Counted from the stretch's first letter, positions 16,593 to 25,755 are shown. The stretch is DNA of 29,098 bases from an uncultured Eubacteriales bacterium (GCA_964419825.1 CAYQRS010000001.1:1-29098), one strand, 5' to 3'. Numbers and translations: made by a program. Notes: generated from the letters alone by a model not told the origin.

Positions 16593-18425
16593 TTAGAAAA
16601 GGTCTGAGAAGCCTTTAGGACCAACGAGCTTATACATAAGGTCGCTGAGGGTTTTAGCAAAGCCGGGATCCTGCTCCTTAGTAAGGCTGTCGATGTGAGA
16701 ATAGTTCATATAGCCTGCATCAGCAAGTGCGTTGTTGAGGCGGATTGTAACTCTGTTGACCTCAGCCGAATTGCCGATTGTTGCTGCCATAAGTGTTTCT
16801 GCCTCTGCAAGAGCAGCCTTGATTTCAGCTCTCTGAGCGTCGGTCATAACGAAGGATTCATCGGCAAGGCAAGCCTTTGCATCGTTCATATACCAGCGGC
16901 GGAGCTTTTTGTTGTTTGTGCCGTAGTTGAACTGAGGATATTTTTCGGGAGCTGAATCGATGTCCTTGATTTCGTTTTTGCAAAGAAGCTCAAGAACAAG
17001 GTTCATAGCAGGTGCTGTGTTGGCAGCATCCTCGTGGTGCATATCCTTGAAGAACCAAGTGTTGTTGGGGAGTGCGCAGGTGCTTGCATCGATATCAGCA
17101 TCGGGGCTGATGTATCTGTCGCCTGCGGTTACGCCGCTGAGCTTCTCACCGGGGAGAGCGGCTGTACAACCGATTGAGGTTGATTCGATGTTGATGATAG
17201 CATCGGAGTTGACCTTGTTTGTGCTGCCGATAACCTTGAAGAAAGCGTACTGAATGTCGCCTGTGTGGAGGTTGTAGCCGCAGATGTTGTTGACCTCACA
17301 GCCGTTATCCATCATATATTTGATGTTGCTTTCGAGGTTGATTCTTGCGGATTGGAACGCATCGAGCTTTTCACGCAGAACGGGGTATTTGTATGAGGGA
17401 ATTACCTTGTCGATGATTTCGGCATAGGTTTCCTTGCTGCACATTGCCCAAAGCTGGGGAACCTTTGTGAGCATATTGTTGTAAAGCACATCGTAAGCGG
17501 CAGTGAGAGTGCCCTCAAGCACGCTTCTGGGGAAAATGCGGATAAGTACGTTGATAAGGTAGCCGAGAGTCAATTCACCCTCGCCGCCGAGAATTTCGGG
17601 GAAGAGGTTTTTGTAGATATCCTCATCGCCGAGGCTCCAGCTACGCTTGTAGAAATCGTCAATAACATTTGTGCCGTTGAGAACAGCAACAACGTTAACG
17701 GCTCTTGAAACATCGTTCTTTTCCTTGAAAAGCTCGGTGTAAGCGGTGAAGAGTGTACCGCCGAGACTGACGGAGAGCAGGTTGACTTGATCCTTGCCTG
17801 TTTCTTTCTTAACCTTCTGGATGTATTCGTCAAGCTCTCTTGCTGATTCCATCGGGTCGCCTGCAAGGTTGAAGGTGAAGAAGAAAACATTTTCAGCGCC
17901 GATTTCGGCAACGAGGGGCTGAATCGGAACCATACGGCAGAACCACTCATACTGAGCCTCGTCAACAGCCTTAACAGTGCCATCTAAGGTTGAGCCTGCC
18001 ATTGAGCCGTAGCGGTAAACCTCGATGTTGTGGTAGGTGTTACCCTCATCGTCGGCTGACTGGTATTTGAAAGCTTCCTCGGCAATTTTTGTAACTGCCT
18101 TTGTCCAGCCCACATCGGATTGAAGTCCGAGTGTGAGCAGGAGGGGAAGAAGTGCGTATTTGATTGCAACGGGGATAAGTGCATCTGTGTCGAGAATAAT
18201 TGTCTGACTTTCGATTTTGTGACCCTTTGAGTTGAGGATCGGGTTGCCGTCTTCATCGGCAACATAAGCGAGTGAATGGTTGATACCCGGGAGAATGATA
18301 ACAGGATTGCTGCTTGTATCGCCGGATGTGGTTGAGCTGTCTGCGGTTACGCCGACCACGGCAACACCGCAAAGCAGGGCAACTGCAAGCACAACCGAAA
18401 TTATGCGTTTAACGGTTTTGTTCAT
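16593..18425 (-). CDS. Secreted alpha/beta-hydrolase, paralog of the adjacent gene
   Basis: 610 aa; signal peptide; LPGIN, SVSLGG, SDAII and MHHED; shares GNLINILIRIFP/GYLINVLIRIFP and DASTC.LP blocks with 14783..16579. Confidence 0.75.
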   Translation of the reverse strand: MNKTVKRIISVVLAVALLCGVAVVGVTADSSTTSGDTSSNPVIILPGINHSLAYVADEDGNPILNSKGHKIESQTIILDTDALIPVAIKYALLPLLLTLGLQSDVGWTKAVTKIAEEAFKYQSADDEGNTYHNIEVYRYGSMAGSTLDGTVKAVDEAQYEWFCRMVPIQPLVAEIGAENVFFFTFNLAGDPMESARELDEYIQKVKKETGKDQVNLLSVSLGGTLFTAYTELFKEKNDVSRAVNVVAVLNGTNVIDDFYKRSWSLGDEDIYKNLFPEILGGEGELTLGYLINVLIRIFPRSVLEGTLTAAYDVLYNNMLTKVPQLWAMCSKETYAEIIDKVIPSYKYPVLREKLDAFQSARINLESNIKYMMDNGCEVNNICGYNLHTGDIQYAFFKVIGSTNKVNSDAIINIESTSIGCTAALPGEKLSGVTAGDRYISPDADIDASTCALPNNTWFFKDMHHEDAANTAPAMNLVLELLCKNEIKDIDSAPEKYPQFNYGTNNKKLRRWYMNDAKACLADESFVMTDAQRAEIKAALAEAETLMAATIGNSAEVNRVTIRLNNALADAGYMNYSHIDSLTKEQDPGFAKTLSDLMYKLVGPKGFSDLF

Positions 18426-18445
18426 TGTTCAGTTTCCTCCAAAAA

Positions 18446-20395
18446 TTATCTGACTTCGTCAACAAGCTTCTCAAAAGCGTTCATAAGGATCGAACCTGAG
18501 CTTCTTGCAAAAGCGATTGATTCCTGATAGTGGTCGCCGAAAGGCTCAACATTATCGAAGAAGAGCAGGCAGTAATCGTTATCGTTGAGGATGTAGCCGA
18601 TTTCATCGTTTGCCAAGCCGAAGCAGAGAAGATGCTGACCTTCGGGAAGTGAAAGGACTTCGTCAGCGGTCTTTGCAGGGAAATCGCAGCCTGAGAATGA
18701 GTTTTCTGCTGAGATTGTGCCGCCGCCGTAGATGATTTCGGGGCTGACCTCGCCCGGCATCATAATTGCCTTGATGTTTTTGCCGAATTCAACATAGCCG
18801 ACCTCTGTGACGGTTGAATATGAGCCGTCGCCGTTGTCGAGGAGGGTGTGGTTAACAAGACCGAGCTTGCCGACAAGGAGAATGATGGGGTTCTCAACAG
18901 TAACAAAAACCTCTTTTGTTTTGATGTTGAGGATGGGTTCAACTCTTTCTTCCTCAACCTTTTCCCAGTTTTCGTACCAAACTGTGTATTTTCTCTCCTG
19001 ATCCTTGGTCTGTTCAACGCCCTGCTGAATCTGCTCAAGGCTGAAGTATTTTGTTTTGTAGTAGTTGTCGAGGATTTCCTGCTTGGTCTTGGTCATGCTC
19101 ATAACGAACATTGCCATTTCCTCGCCGTAGCGCTCTGCGTGCTGTGAGCGGCGCTCGTGCGGAAGCTCGTCGTTTGTCTGCGCTCTGTCGGGATAAATGC
19201 CGAGTGTTGCGCCGATGATGAACATGAAGTTATAACCGTTCTCGGTCATTGTTCTGTCCATTGCGGCTGTGTAGTCACCGCTGAGCTCCTTACCGCTTGA
19301 GTTATCGGTTTTAAGACCTGTGATGTAGGGGTGAGCGGGGATGTTGACGATCATTGTTTCCTTTGACTCACTGTTATCGGGATCGAAACGGAGGCGGTAG
19401 ACGTTGCCGTCATATTCGGAGGGGTCACGCTTATCGAAGAAATATTCGTCGCCGTTCTTTTCTGCATAGTAGAGGTCGCCCTTTTCCATGTTGTTGCAAG
19501 CCTCTTTGATTGATTCGGCTGTGCGCTCACGGAGAATGCTCATAAATTCTTCATCGGGGCCGCCCTGTGTCTTGAAGATGAGCTGGTTTGTCATTGCGGC
19601 AAGAGTGTTGTTGGCAATCTTGGAGAAGAAGGGATTCCAAAGACCCATTGTGTCGATTTCGCTGTGGCAATGGGTTGCGGTAACGTTAATGCTGATGATG
19701 TTGTTTGCCTTTGCAAAATCTGCAAGCATTTCACGGATTTGGCGGATATCTGCGTTGGAGATACCGATACATTCGATCGTGCTGAAGGCAACTGCGCCTG
19801 CGCCTGCATCCATAACAACAGTGTAAACCTTCATATCGTCAAGCACGGTTTCAACTGTGTTGGAAGGCAGGTTCTGAAGAAGATAGCCTGCAAGGTAGTA
19901 ATCCTTTTTGCCTGTGAGAATGTCATCGGGCAGGAGGCTCTTCTGGCTGTAGCCAAGCTGCCATTTGTCGCTTGTTGCACTGTCGGCAAAGGCTGTTGTG
20001 CCCGGCATAAAGCCCTTGCTGTCAAACTCGGAGATATCCTTGATGTTTGTGTTGGCAACTGCGGCAGAGCCTGCGAGCAGGTTGAGAACATCGTGGATAA
20101 CAAGCTCCATGTAAGTGAATGCAACTGTTTTCTTTTGCTGCTCCGTCTTTGCAGCAATCATTGCGCCGATTGCGCCGATCGGGCTTAAAAGGTTGTAGGA
20201 TTGACCGTTGATTTTAACATAAACGGGGTCCATAAATTTACGGTTGCAGTTGATTGAGCTGGGAATGAAAGAAGTATCAACTTCTTCGCTGTTCTGCTCA
20301 GGTGTTTCTGCGCTTGCAGACATACCGATTGCGACACATGAGAACATGAGCACAAGGCTGAGAACAAGAGCAATGAGTTTTTTTGCTGATTTCAT
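18446..20395 (-). CDS. Secreted neutral/alkaline ceramidase-like Zn amidohydrolase
   Basis: 649 aa; signal peptide; ATHCHS (cf. ATHTHSGP), PAHP, PGEVS (cf. PGEFT) and LANDEIGY in the order expected for the neutral-ceramidase fold. Confidence 0.7.
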   Translation of the reverse strand: MKSAKKLIALVLSLVLMFSCVAIGMSASAETPEQNSEEVDTSFIPSSINCNRKFMDPVYVKINGQSYNLLSPIGAIGAMIAAKTEQQKKTVAFTYMELVIHDVLNLLAGSAAVANTNIKDISEFDSKGFMPGTTAFADSATSDKWQLGYSQKSLLPDDILTGKKDYYLAGYLLQNLPSNTVETVLDDMKVYTVVMDAGAGAVAFSTIECIGISNADIRQIREMLADFAKANNIISINVTATHCHSEIDTMGLWNPFFSKIANNTLAAMTNQLIFKTQGGPDEEFMSILRERTAESIKEACNNMEKGDLYYAEKNGDEYFFDKRDPSEYDGNVYRLRFDPDNSESKETMIVNIPAHPYITGLKTDNSSGKELSGDYTAAMDRTMTENGYNFMFIIGATLGIYPDRAQTNDELPHERRSQHAERYGEEMAMFVMSMTKTKQEILDNYYKTKYFSLEQIQQGVEQTKDQERKYTVWYENWEKVEEERVEPILNIKTKEVFVTVENPIILLVGKLGLVNHTLLDNGDGSYSTVTEVGYVEFGKNIKAIMMPGEVSPEIIYGGGTISAENSFSGCDFPAKTADEVLSLPEGQHLLCFGLANDEIGYILNDNDYCLLFFDNVEPFGDHYQESIAFARSSGSILMNAFEKLVDEVR

Positions 20396-20465
20396 TTGCG
20401 TTTTCCTCCGTTTTACTTAGCTTTATTACTTTTAAAGCTATATTTATCTATTATAGATAACTTAA

Positions 20466-20494
20466 ATAATACCACAATTTCCGCTTTTATACAA
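20466..20494 (-). promoter_or_regulatory. sigma70 promoter of the ceramidase-lipase-lipase operon
   Basis: Minus strand TTGTAT (20494-20489), N17 ending in TGG, TATTAT (20471-20466). Confidence 0.55.
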
Positions 20495-20569
20495 CTGACG
20501 GCTGAGTAGAAAATCAGCCCTCATAATTGGTTATTATTACTTAAATTTCGTTATCTTGGGTTTATTTTA

Positions 20570-20598
20570 TTGACTAATGAATGGGATTTTGTTACAAT
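20570..20598 (+). promoter_or_regulatory. sigma70 promoter of the rightward operon
   Basis: TTGACT (20570-20575), N17 ending in TGT, TACAAT (20593-20598). Confidence 0.65.
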
Positions 20599-20636
20599 GC
20601 AATATGGTAAAATCTAATTTACGAGGAGTTGTTCGT

Positions 20637-21527
20637 ATGAGTTCCGCAACAACAGTTGCAATTTTTAACGTAGTTCGTTTTTTGCACAAAAAAACATTGT
20701 TTTTTCTTCCGCTTACGGTGGTAGTGCTTTTGCTTTCGGGCTTTTTCGAGCTGGCGACCGTTCACCAAAGACCTGCCGAGGTTGACAAAACAATGGTTCT
20801 TTACGGCGATAGCTGGGACAGATCTCAGGGCATGGCAAACGACGGTGAAAGCTATTTCTTCAGCTGTAAGCTCGGTCTTATCAAGACGGAGCTTGACTGC
20901 ACAACCGTTATCAAAACCAATTACGATGCTATCCCTGCCGAGCTTGCAGAGGAATACGGTCTGAAGCACATCGGCGGCATAAGCTGCTACAACGGCAAGC
21001 TTTACTGCGCCCTTGAGGATAGCAAGGTTTTCAAGCACCCCGTAATTGCCGTTTACGATGCGGAAACGCTTGAGTACACAGGCGAATATCATCATCTTGA
21101 CACAGAAAAGCATCCGATGGGTCTGCCGTGGGTATGTGTTGACCCCGATTCGGGCATAATCTATACAGCCAAGCGTGATTATCCGACGGAGCTTATCCGT
21201 TACGACATCGTTAACGATGAGTACCTTGAGCCGATTCCGTTCAAAAACCCCGACCCCGATTACAACATTCACAAAATTCAGGGCGGCGAGGTTTACAACG
21301 GCGTGCTCTATTTGGCAACAAACGATGAAACGCAGGCACTTTATACCGTCGATTTGGCAGACGGAACAGCAGACAAGCTCTTTGACCGCAACCTTTTCAA
21401 GGGCAGCGAGGGCGAGGGCTTAACCATTCTGCCGACTGATGACGGTGCGGTTATCCATGCGATGGATATGTCGCCGATCTTCGCTTCGGCTTATATCCGC
21501 CACTATGCAATGCCGCAGACTAACTAA
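20637..21527 (+). CDS. Exported/membrane-anchored hypothetical protein, probable beta-propeller
   Basis: ATG 20637 after GAGGAG (the track start lies inside the promoter); N-terminal hydrophobic helix; blade-like repeats QGMANDGESYFF, GGISCYNGKLY, QGGEVYNGVLY and EGEGL. Confidence 0.65.
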   Translation: MSSATTVAIFNVVRFLHKKTLFFLPLTVVVLLLSGFFELATVHQRPAEVDKTMVLYGDSWDRSQGMANDGESYFFSCKLGLIKTELDCTTVIKTNYDAIPAELAEEYGLKHIGGISCYNGKLYCALEDSKVFKHPVIAVYDAETLEYTGEYHHLDTEKHPMGLPWVCVDPDSGIIYTAKRDYPTELIRYDIVNDEYLEPIPFKNPDPDYNIHKIQGGEVYNGVLYLATNDETQALYTVDLADGTADKLFDRNLFKGSEGEGLTILPTDDGAVIHAMDMSPIFASAYIRHYAMPQTN

Positions 21528-21545
21528 AGGAAGGCAAAAATCAGG

Positions 21546-22280
21546 ATGCTTGAACTCAAAAATGTTTCTTTTACCGTTGATGACGGAGCTGACGGCTTGG
21601 AAATCATCAACGATGTTTCGCTAACCGTTAATGACGGCGAATTTCTTGTTATCACAGGCCCAAACGGCGGCGGTAAATCAACGCTTGCACGCCTTATTAT
21701 GGGCATTGAACAGCCCACGGGCGGCAAGATTTTGCTTGACGGCAAGGATATTACGAGCCTTTCCGTAACCGAGCGTGCAAGGCTCGGTGTCGGCTACGCT
21801 TTTCAGCAGCCGCCTCGCTTTAAGGGCTTGACTGTTCGCAGACTTCTCGGTCTTGCGCACGGCAGTGAGCTGCCGGAGGATGAATGCTGCGCTTATTTGA
21901 CGAATGTCGGTCTTTGCTCAAAGGATTATCTGAACCGTGAAATCGATACTTCGCTTTCGGGCGGTGAGGTTAAGCGCATCGAAATCGCTTCGCTTATGGC
22001 TCGCAAGCTTCGCCTTGCGATTTTTGATGAGCCTGAGGCAGGAATTGACCTGTGGAGCTTCTCAATGCTTGTTGAAACCTTCAAAACAATGAGCAAGAGC
22101 CGCCATAACAGCGTTATGATAATTTCGCATCAGGAGCGTATTATGCAGCTTGCCGACCGTATTGCAGTTGTTGCAGACGGTAAGGTTAAAACAGTCGGAC
22201 CGAAGGATGAGGTTTTCGGTCAGCTTATGAGCGAGCTTAACGAAAGCTGTGGATTCAGAGGAGGCAACAAAGATGCTTAA
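21546..22280 (+). CDS. sufC: SufC-like Fe-S assembly ABC ATPase (SmsC type)
   Basis: GPNGGGKST, YAFQQP, LSGGEVKRIEIA, FDEPEAGIDL and ISHQ; overlaps a SufB/D gene. Confidence 0.85.
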   Translation: MLELKNVSFTVDDGADGLEIINDVSLTVNDGEFLVITGPNGGGKSTLARLIMGIEQPTGGKILLDGKDITSLSVTERARLGVGYAFQQPPRFKGLTVRRLLGLAHGSELPEDECCAYLTNVGLCSKDYLNREIDTSLSGGEVKRIEIASLMARKLRLAIFDEPEAGIDLWSFSMLVETFKTMSKSRHNSVMIISHQERIMQLADRIAVVADGKVKTVGPKDEVFGQLMSELNESCGFRGGNKDA

Positions 22281-23196
22281 CGATAAAGAAAAAAATCTCC
22301 TCTTTTCCATTGCGGATATTTACGATATGCCGAGCGTGGGCGCTTTCAGCCTGCGTAAAAACGGCGAGGGCGCAGTTCGCCATTCGAGCGAGAATATCAC
22401 AATCGAAGCCAAAAAGGATAAGCCGGGCATCGATATTATCGTAAAGCCCTTCACGAAAAACGAGAATGTCCATATCCCCGTCATCGTCACAGAGGGCGGA
22501 GTTAAGGATGTTGTTTATAACGATTTTTATATCGGCGAGGGTGCGCAGGTGAACATTGTTGCGGGCTGTGGAATCCATAACGACAGCGATTGCGATTCCT
22601 CACACGACGGCATCCACCGCTTCCACCTCGGCAAAAACTCCAAGCTGAAATATGTTGAAAAGCATTACGGCGAGGGCGACGGCACGGGCGGCAGGGTTCT
22701 CAACCCGACGACGGAGCTGTTTATGGACGAGGGTGCTGAATGTGAAATGGAAACCGTGCAGATAAAGGGTGTTGACTCAACCGTTCGTAACACCGTTGCA
22801 ACGCTCGGCAAAAACGCAAAGCTCCTTGTAACAGAGCGCCTTATGACACACGGCAACCAGACCGCACGCAGTGATATGATTGTCAACCTCGATGGCGACG
22901 ATGCCTCCGCAAGGATTATTTCACGCTCGGTTGCAAAGGATAATTCCGAGCAGGTGTTCTATCCGAGAGCTGTCGGCAACTGCCGTTGCAGAGCGCACGT
23001 ACAATGCGATTCGATTATTATGGATAGCGCAAAAATCCGTTCAATCCCCGAAATTGCCGCAAACCACGAGGATGCACAGGTCATCCACGAGGCGGCAATC
23101 GGCAAAATTAATAATGACCAGCTTACAAAGCTTTGCACCTTGGGTATGACCCCGGAAGAAGCTGAACAGGTAATTATTGAGGGCTTCCTCAATTAA
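22273..23196 (+). CDS. Short SufB/SufD-family Fe-S scaffold (SmsB type)
   Basis: ATG 22273 overlapping the sufC stop; VAGCGIHN, YVEKHYG, AHVQCDSII, HEAAIGKI and LGMTPEEAEQVIIEGFL. Confidence 0.85.
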   Translation: MLNDKEKNLLFSIADIYDMPSVGAFSLRKNGEGAVRHSSENITIEAKKDKPGIDIIVKPFTKNENVHIPVIVTEGGVKDVVYNDFYIGEGAQVNIVAGCGIHNDSDCDSSHDGIHRFHLGKNSKLKYVEKHYGEGDGTGGRVLNPTTELFMDEGAECEMETVQIKGVDSTVRNTVATLGKNAKLLVTERLMTHGNQTARSDMIVNLDGDDASARIISRSVAKDNSEQVFYPRAVGNCRCRAHVQCDSIIMDSAKIRSIPEIAANHEDAQVIHEAAIGKINNDQLTKLCTLGMTPEEAEQVIIEGFLN

Positions 23197-23213
23197 ATAA
23201 AAGGAGAATTTTT

Positions 23214-24713
23214 ATGGCTAAAGAATATTTTTGTGCGCCGAACGGCAAATTCAGCACCAAGCGCACGATGCTCACAGGCTTCGGCTTCATGGCAAGCTCG
23301 ATCGCTTGGGCAATTTACGACCCCTATATCACAAAAATCCTCAACACTTTGCTTTCGGCTTCTCAGAGCATCAATAATCTGAGTGCAAGGCTGAACGAGG
23401 CATTCCCCGTTTTGGCTGAATTTGCAAAGAGTCAGGGTGAGGATGTTTCCCTCGCAGGCGGCGGAATTACTCTTGTTCCGCTGTTCATCGGTATTATTAT
23501 GACCTTTGATAACATCTTCGGTGTTATCTTCCAGCCCACCTTCGGCAAGCTTTCCGACCATTGCCATTCAAAGCTCGGCAAACGCCGCCCGTTCATCGTT
23601 TTCGGTGCGCCCGTTGCCGCAATCCTTTTTGCGATTATTCCGCTTGTTGCGCTGAATGTCGGCTCGCTTCCGCTGACGATGCTTTGCATCATCCTCTTTG
23701 TTTTCACAATGTCGCTGTGGCGTGCACCCGTTGTTGCGCTTATGCCCGATTTGACTCCGCCCGAAATGCGTAGCCAGGGCAATGCAATCATCAACCTTAT
23801 GGGCGGCGTGGGCAGTATGCTCGGTCTTGTCGCAGGTACGGTTGTAACCCTTATTATGGGCCTGGTTCTCGGCACTAAGGATTTCCCCGAAACGCAAACA
23901 TATCCTTATGTTTTCCTCGTCGGCTCAATCGTTATGATCATCGGTATGCTTGTCATCCTCACCAAGGTCAAAGAGCCCGACAGCCGTATTGCCGTTAAAG
24001 CGGAAATGAATATGGCTCAGGATGCCGCTGCCAAAAAAGCCGCCGCAAAGGCAGCCAAAAAGCAGGAAAAAGCCGCCCGCCGAGCCGAAAAGCTTTCAAA
24101 GGCGGAACGCAAGAGCCTTATCTTTATGCTCTGCGGCTTGTTCTTCCTCTTCTGCGGCACAAACGCAATTTCAACATTCTTTGCCCTGTTCGCTTCCGAG
24201 GTTCTCGGCAAAACAGCAGGCGAAGCTACGATTATGATGGCTGTTTTCGCAGTTTGCTCGGCAGCCGCCGCAATCCCTGCAGGTAAAATCGGCACAAAAA
24301 TCGGCCGTAAAAAGACAATCCTTATCGGTCTTGTCGTGTTTATGGTTGTGTTCCTGTTCTATGTCCTCACTCAGAGCCTCGCCGTTATCTGGCTTGCTCT
24401 CATCCTCGGCGGTGCTGCAAATATGTTCATCACCGTTAACACACTGCCCCTCGTTCTCGAAATCGGCGGTCAGGATAAGGTTGGCACATTCACAGGCTAT
24501 TACTACACAGCAACATTCTCGGCTCAGATCGCTTCTCCCATCCTTTACGGTATTGTCCGTATGTTCTCGGGCTCATATATGTCGCTGTTCTACTATTCAC
24601 CGATTGCTTTTGCAATCTCAATCCTCTGCATCCTCTTTGTTAAGCACGGTGAGGCAGATACCTCTTGGGTAAACGATGCCGCTAAAAAAGCCCGTGAAGA
24701 AAACGAGGATTGA
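23214..24713 (+). CDS. MFS transporter (GPH/maltose-sucrose-like)
   Basis: 499 aa, about 12 TM; FQPTFGKLSD..HSKLGKRRPF, ALMPDLTP and GKIGTKIGRKKT. Confidence 0.88.
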   Translation: MAKEYFCAPNGKFSTKRTMLTGFGFMASSIAWAIYDPYITKILNTLLSASQSINNLSARLNEAFPVLAEFAKSQGEDVSLAGGGITLVPLFIGIIMTFDNIFGVIFQPTFGKLSDHCHSKLGKRRPFIVFGAPVAAILFAIIPLVALNVGSLPLTMLCIILFVFTMSLWRAPVVALMPDLTPPEMRSQGNAIINLMGGVGSMLGLVAGTVVTLIMGLVLGTKDFPETQTYPYVFLVGSIVMIIGMLVILTKVKEPDSRIAVKAEMNMAQDAAAKKAAAKAAKKQEKAARRAEKLSKAERKSLIFMLCGLFFLFCGTNAISTFFALFASEVLGKTAGEATIMMAVFAVCSAAAAIPAGKIGTKIGRKKTILIGLVVFMVVFLFYVLTQSLAVIWLALILGGAANMFITVNTLPLVLEIGGQDKVGTFTGYYYTATFSAQIASPILYGIVRMFSGSYMSLFYYSPIAFAISILCILFVKHGEADTSWVNDAAKKAREENED

Positions 24714-24739
24714 TTAAATTCTCATTAAGGAATTCCGCA

Positions 24740-25717
24740 ATGAAAAGGTTTGTTTCAATTTTAACATTAGCTTCCCTGTGCGTAACCGCTTTTAGCGGTT
24801 GCGCTGTTTTTGCAGGGAGCAAAACTGCGCTCAAGGTCGGCGAAGCCGAGGTTGACAGCCGTGTTTTCGCCTATTTCTATGATGAAGCTTACGGCGAAGC
24901 CGAGGCTGACGGTGGTGATACCGATGATGAGCAGGCATTGAAGCAAGCGGCAACGAAAAAATGCTATGAATATGTTATCGCAACCACGACCTTCCAAAAG
25001 CTCAGCCTTTCGCTCGATGTCAATGAGAAAAAGGCTGTTGCCGACGAAACTGAGGAGCAATGGCATCTTTACGGCGACTATTACACCGAAATCGGAGTAA
25101 ACAAGCAGACTGTTGCAAAAATCAACCTTGCCGATGCTTATCGGACAAGCCTTTTGCTCTATTATTTCGGCAAGGGCAGTGAATACGAAGTGCCCGAAAG
25201 CGAAATTGAATATTATTTTGACCAAACCTATGTTGCTTTCCGTGCAATCAACGGCTACCTCACAACCACCGATGAAAACGGCGATACCGTTGCCATCAGT
25301 GCGGAGGAGGAGAAAGCCCTGCGTGCCGATTTTGAAGCGAAGCGTGATAGACTTGCCGAAGGCAGCGGCTTTGCCGATGTAAACGGCGGCACGGAGGTTG
25401 ACATCAACTTCGTTCAGGTCAGCAGCTCCGCTTACCCCAAGGATTTCCTTGCGCAGGTCGAAAAGCTCGAATACGATAAGCCTGCCTTGATCGAAACCGA
25501 GGAAAACATCTTCCTCGTTGTCAGGGCGGATGCCAAAAAAGGCGAGGATAACTTCTATGCGGATTATCGCACAAGATATATTGATGCCCTCCGTGGTGAG
25601 ATGCTGACGGATATGCTTGTTGCAACCGCAGAGGATTATGAGCTTGAAGCCAATTCAAGGGTTGAGGGCAAGGCGGCAAAAACAGTTATAAACGCCAGAA
25701 ATTCAAGAAATAATTGA
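24740..25717 (+). CDS. Lipoprotein, PrsA/SurA-N foldase-like
   Basis: ATG 24740; lipobox FSGC; LKVGEAEV...FAYFY start and helical chaperone-like body; PPIase domain appears reduced. Confidence 0.55.
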   Translation: MKRFVSILTLASLCVTAFSGCAVFAGSKTALKVGEAEVDSRVFAYFYDEAYGEAEADGGDTDDEQALKQAATKKCYEYVIATTTFQKLSLSLDVNEKKAVADETEEQWHLYGDYYTEIGVNKQTVAKINLADAYRTSLLLYYFGKGSEYEVPESEIEYYFDQTYVAFRAINGYLTTTDENGDTVAISAEEEKALRADFEAKRDRLAEGSGFADVNGGTEVDINFVQVSSSAYPKDFLAQVEKLEYDKPALIETEENIFLVVRADAKKGEDNFYADYRTRYIDALRGEMLTDMLVATAEDYELEANSRVEGKAAKTVINARNSRNN

Positions 25718-25726
25718 ATTTATCTA

Positions 25727-25755
25727 TTGACAAGGCTTGACTGCTGTGATAAGAT
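25727..25755 (+). promoter_or_regulatory. sigma70 promoter of the mini-protein-srtB-lcp locus
   Basis: TTGACA (25727-25732), N17 ending in TGA, TAAGAT (25750-25755). Confidence 0.75.

Noticed and set aside
20619-21272. 217-aa minus-strand ORF
   Set aside because: Antisense shadow of the propeller-like gene.
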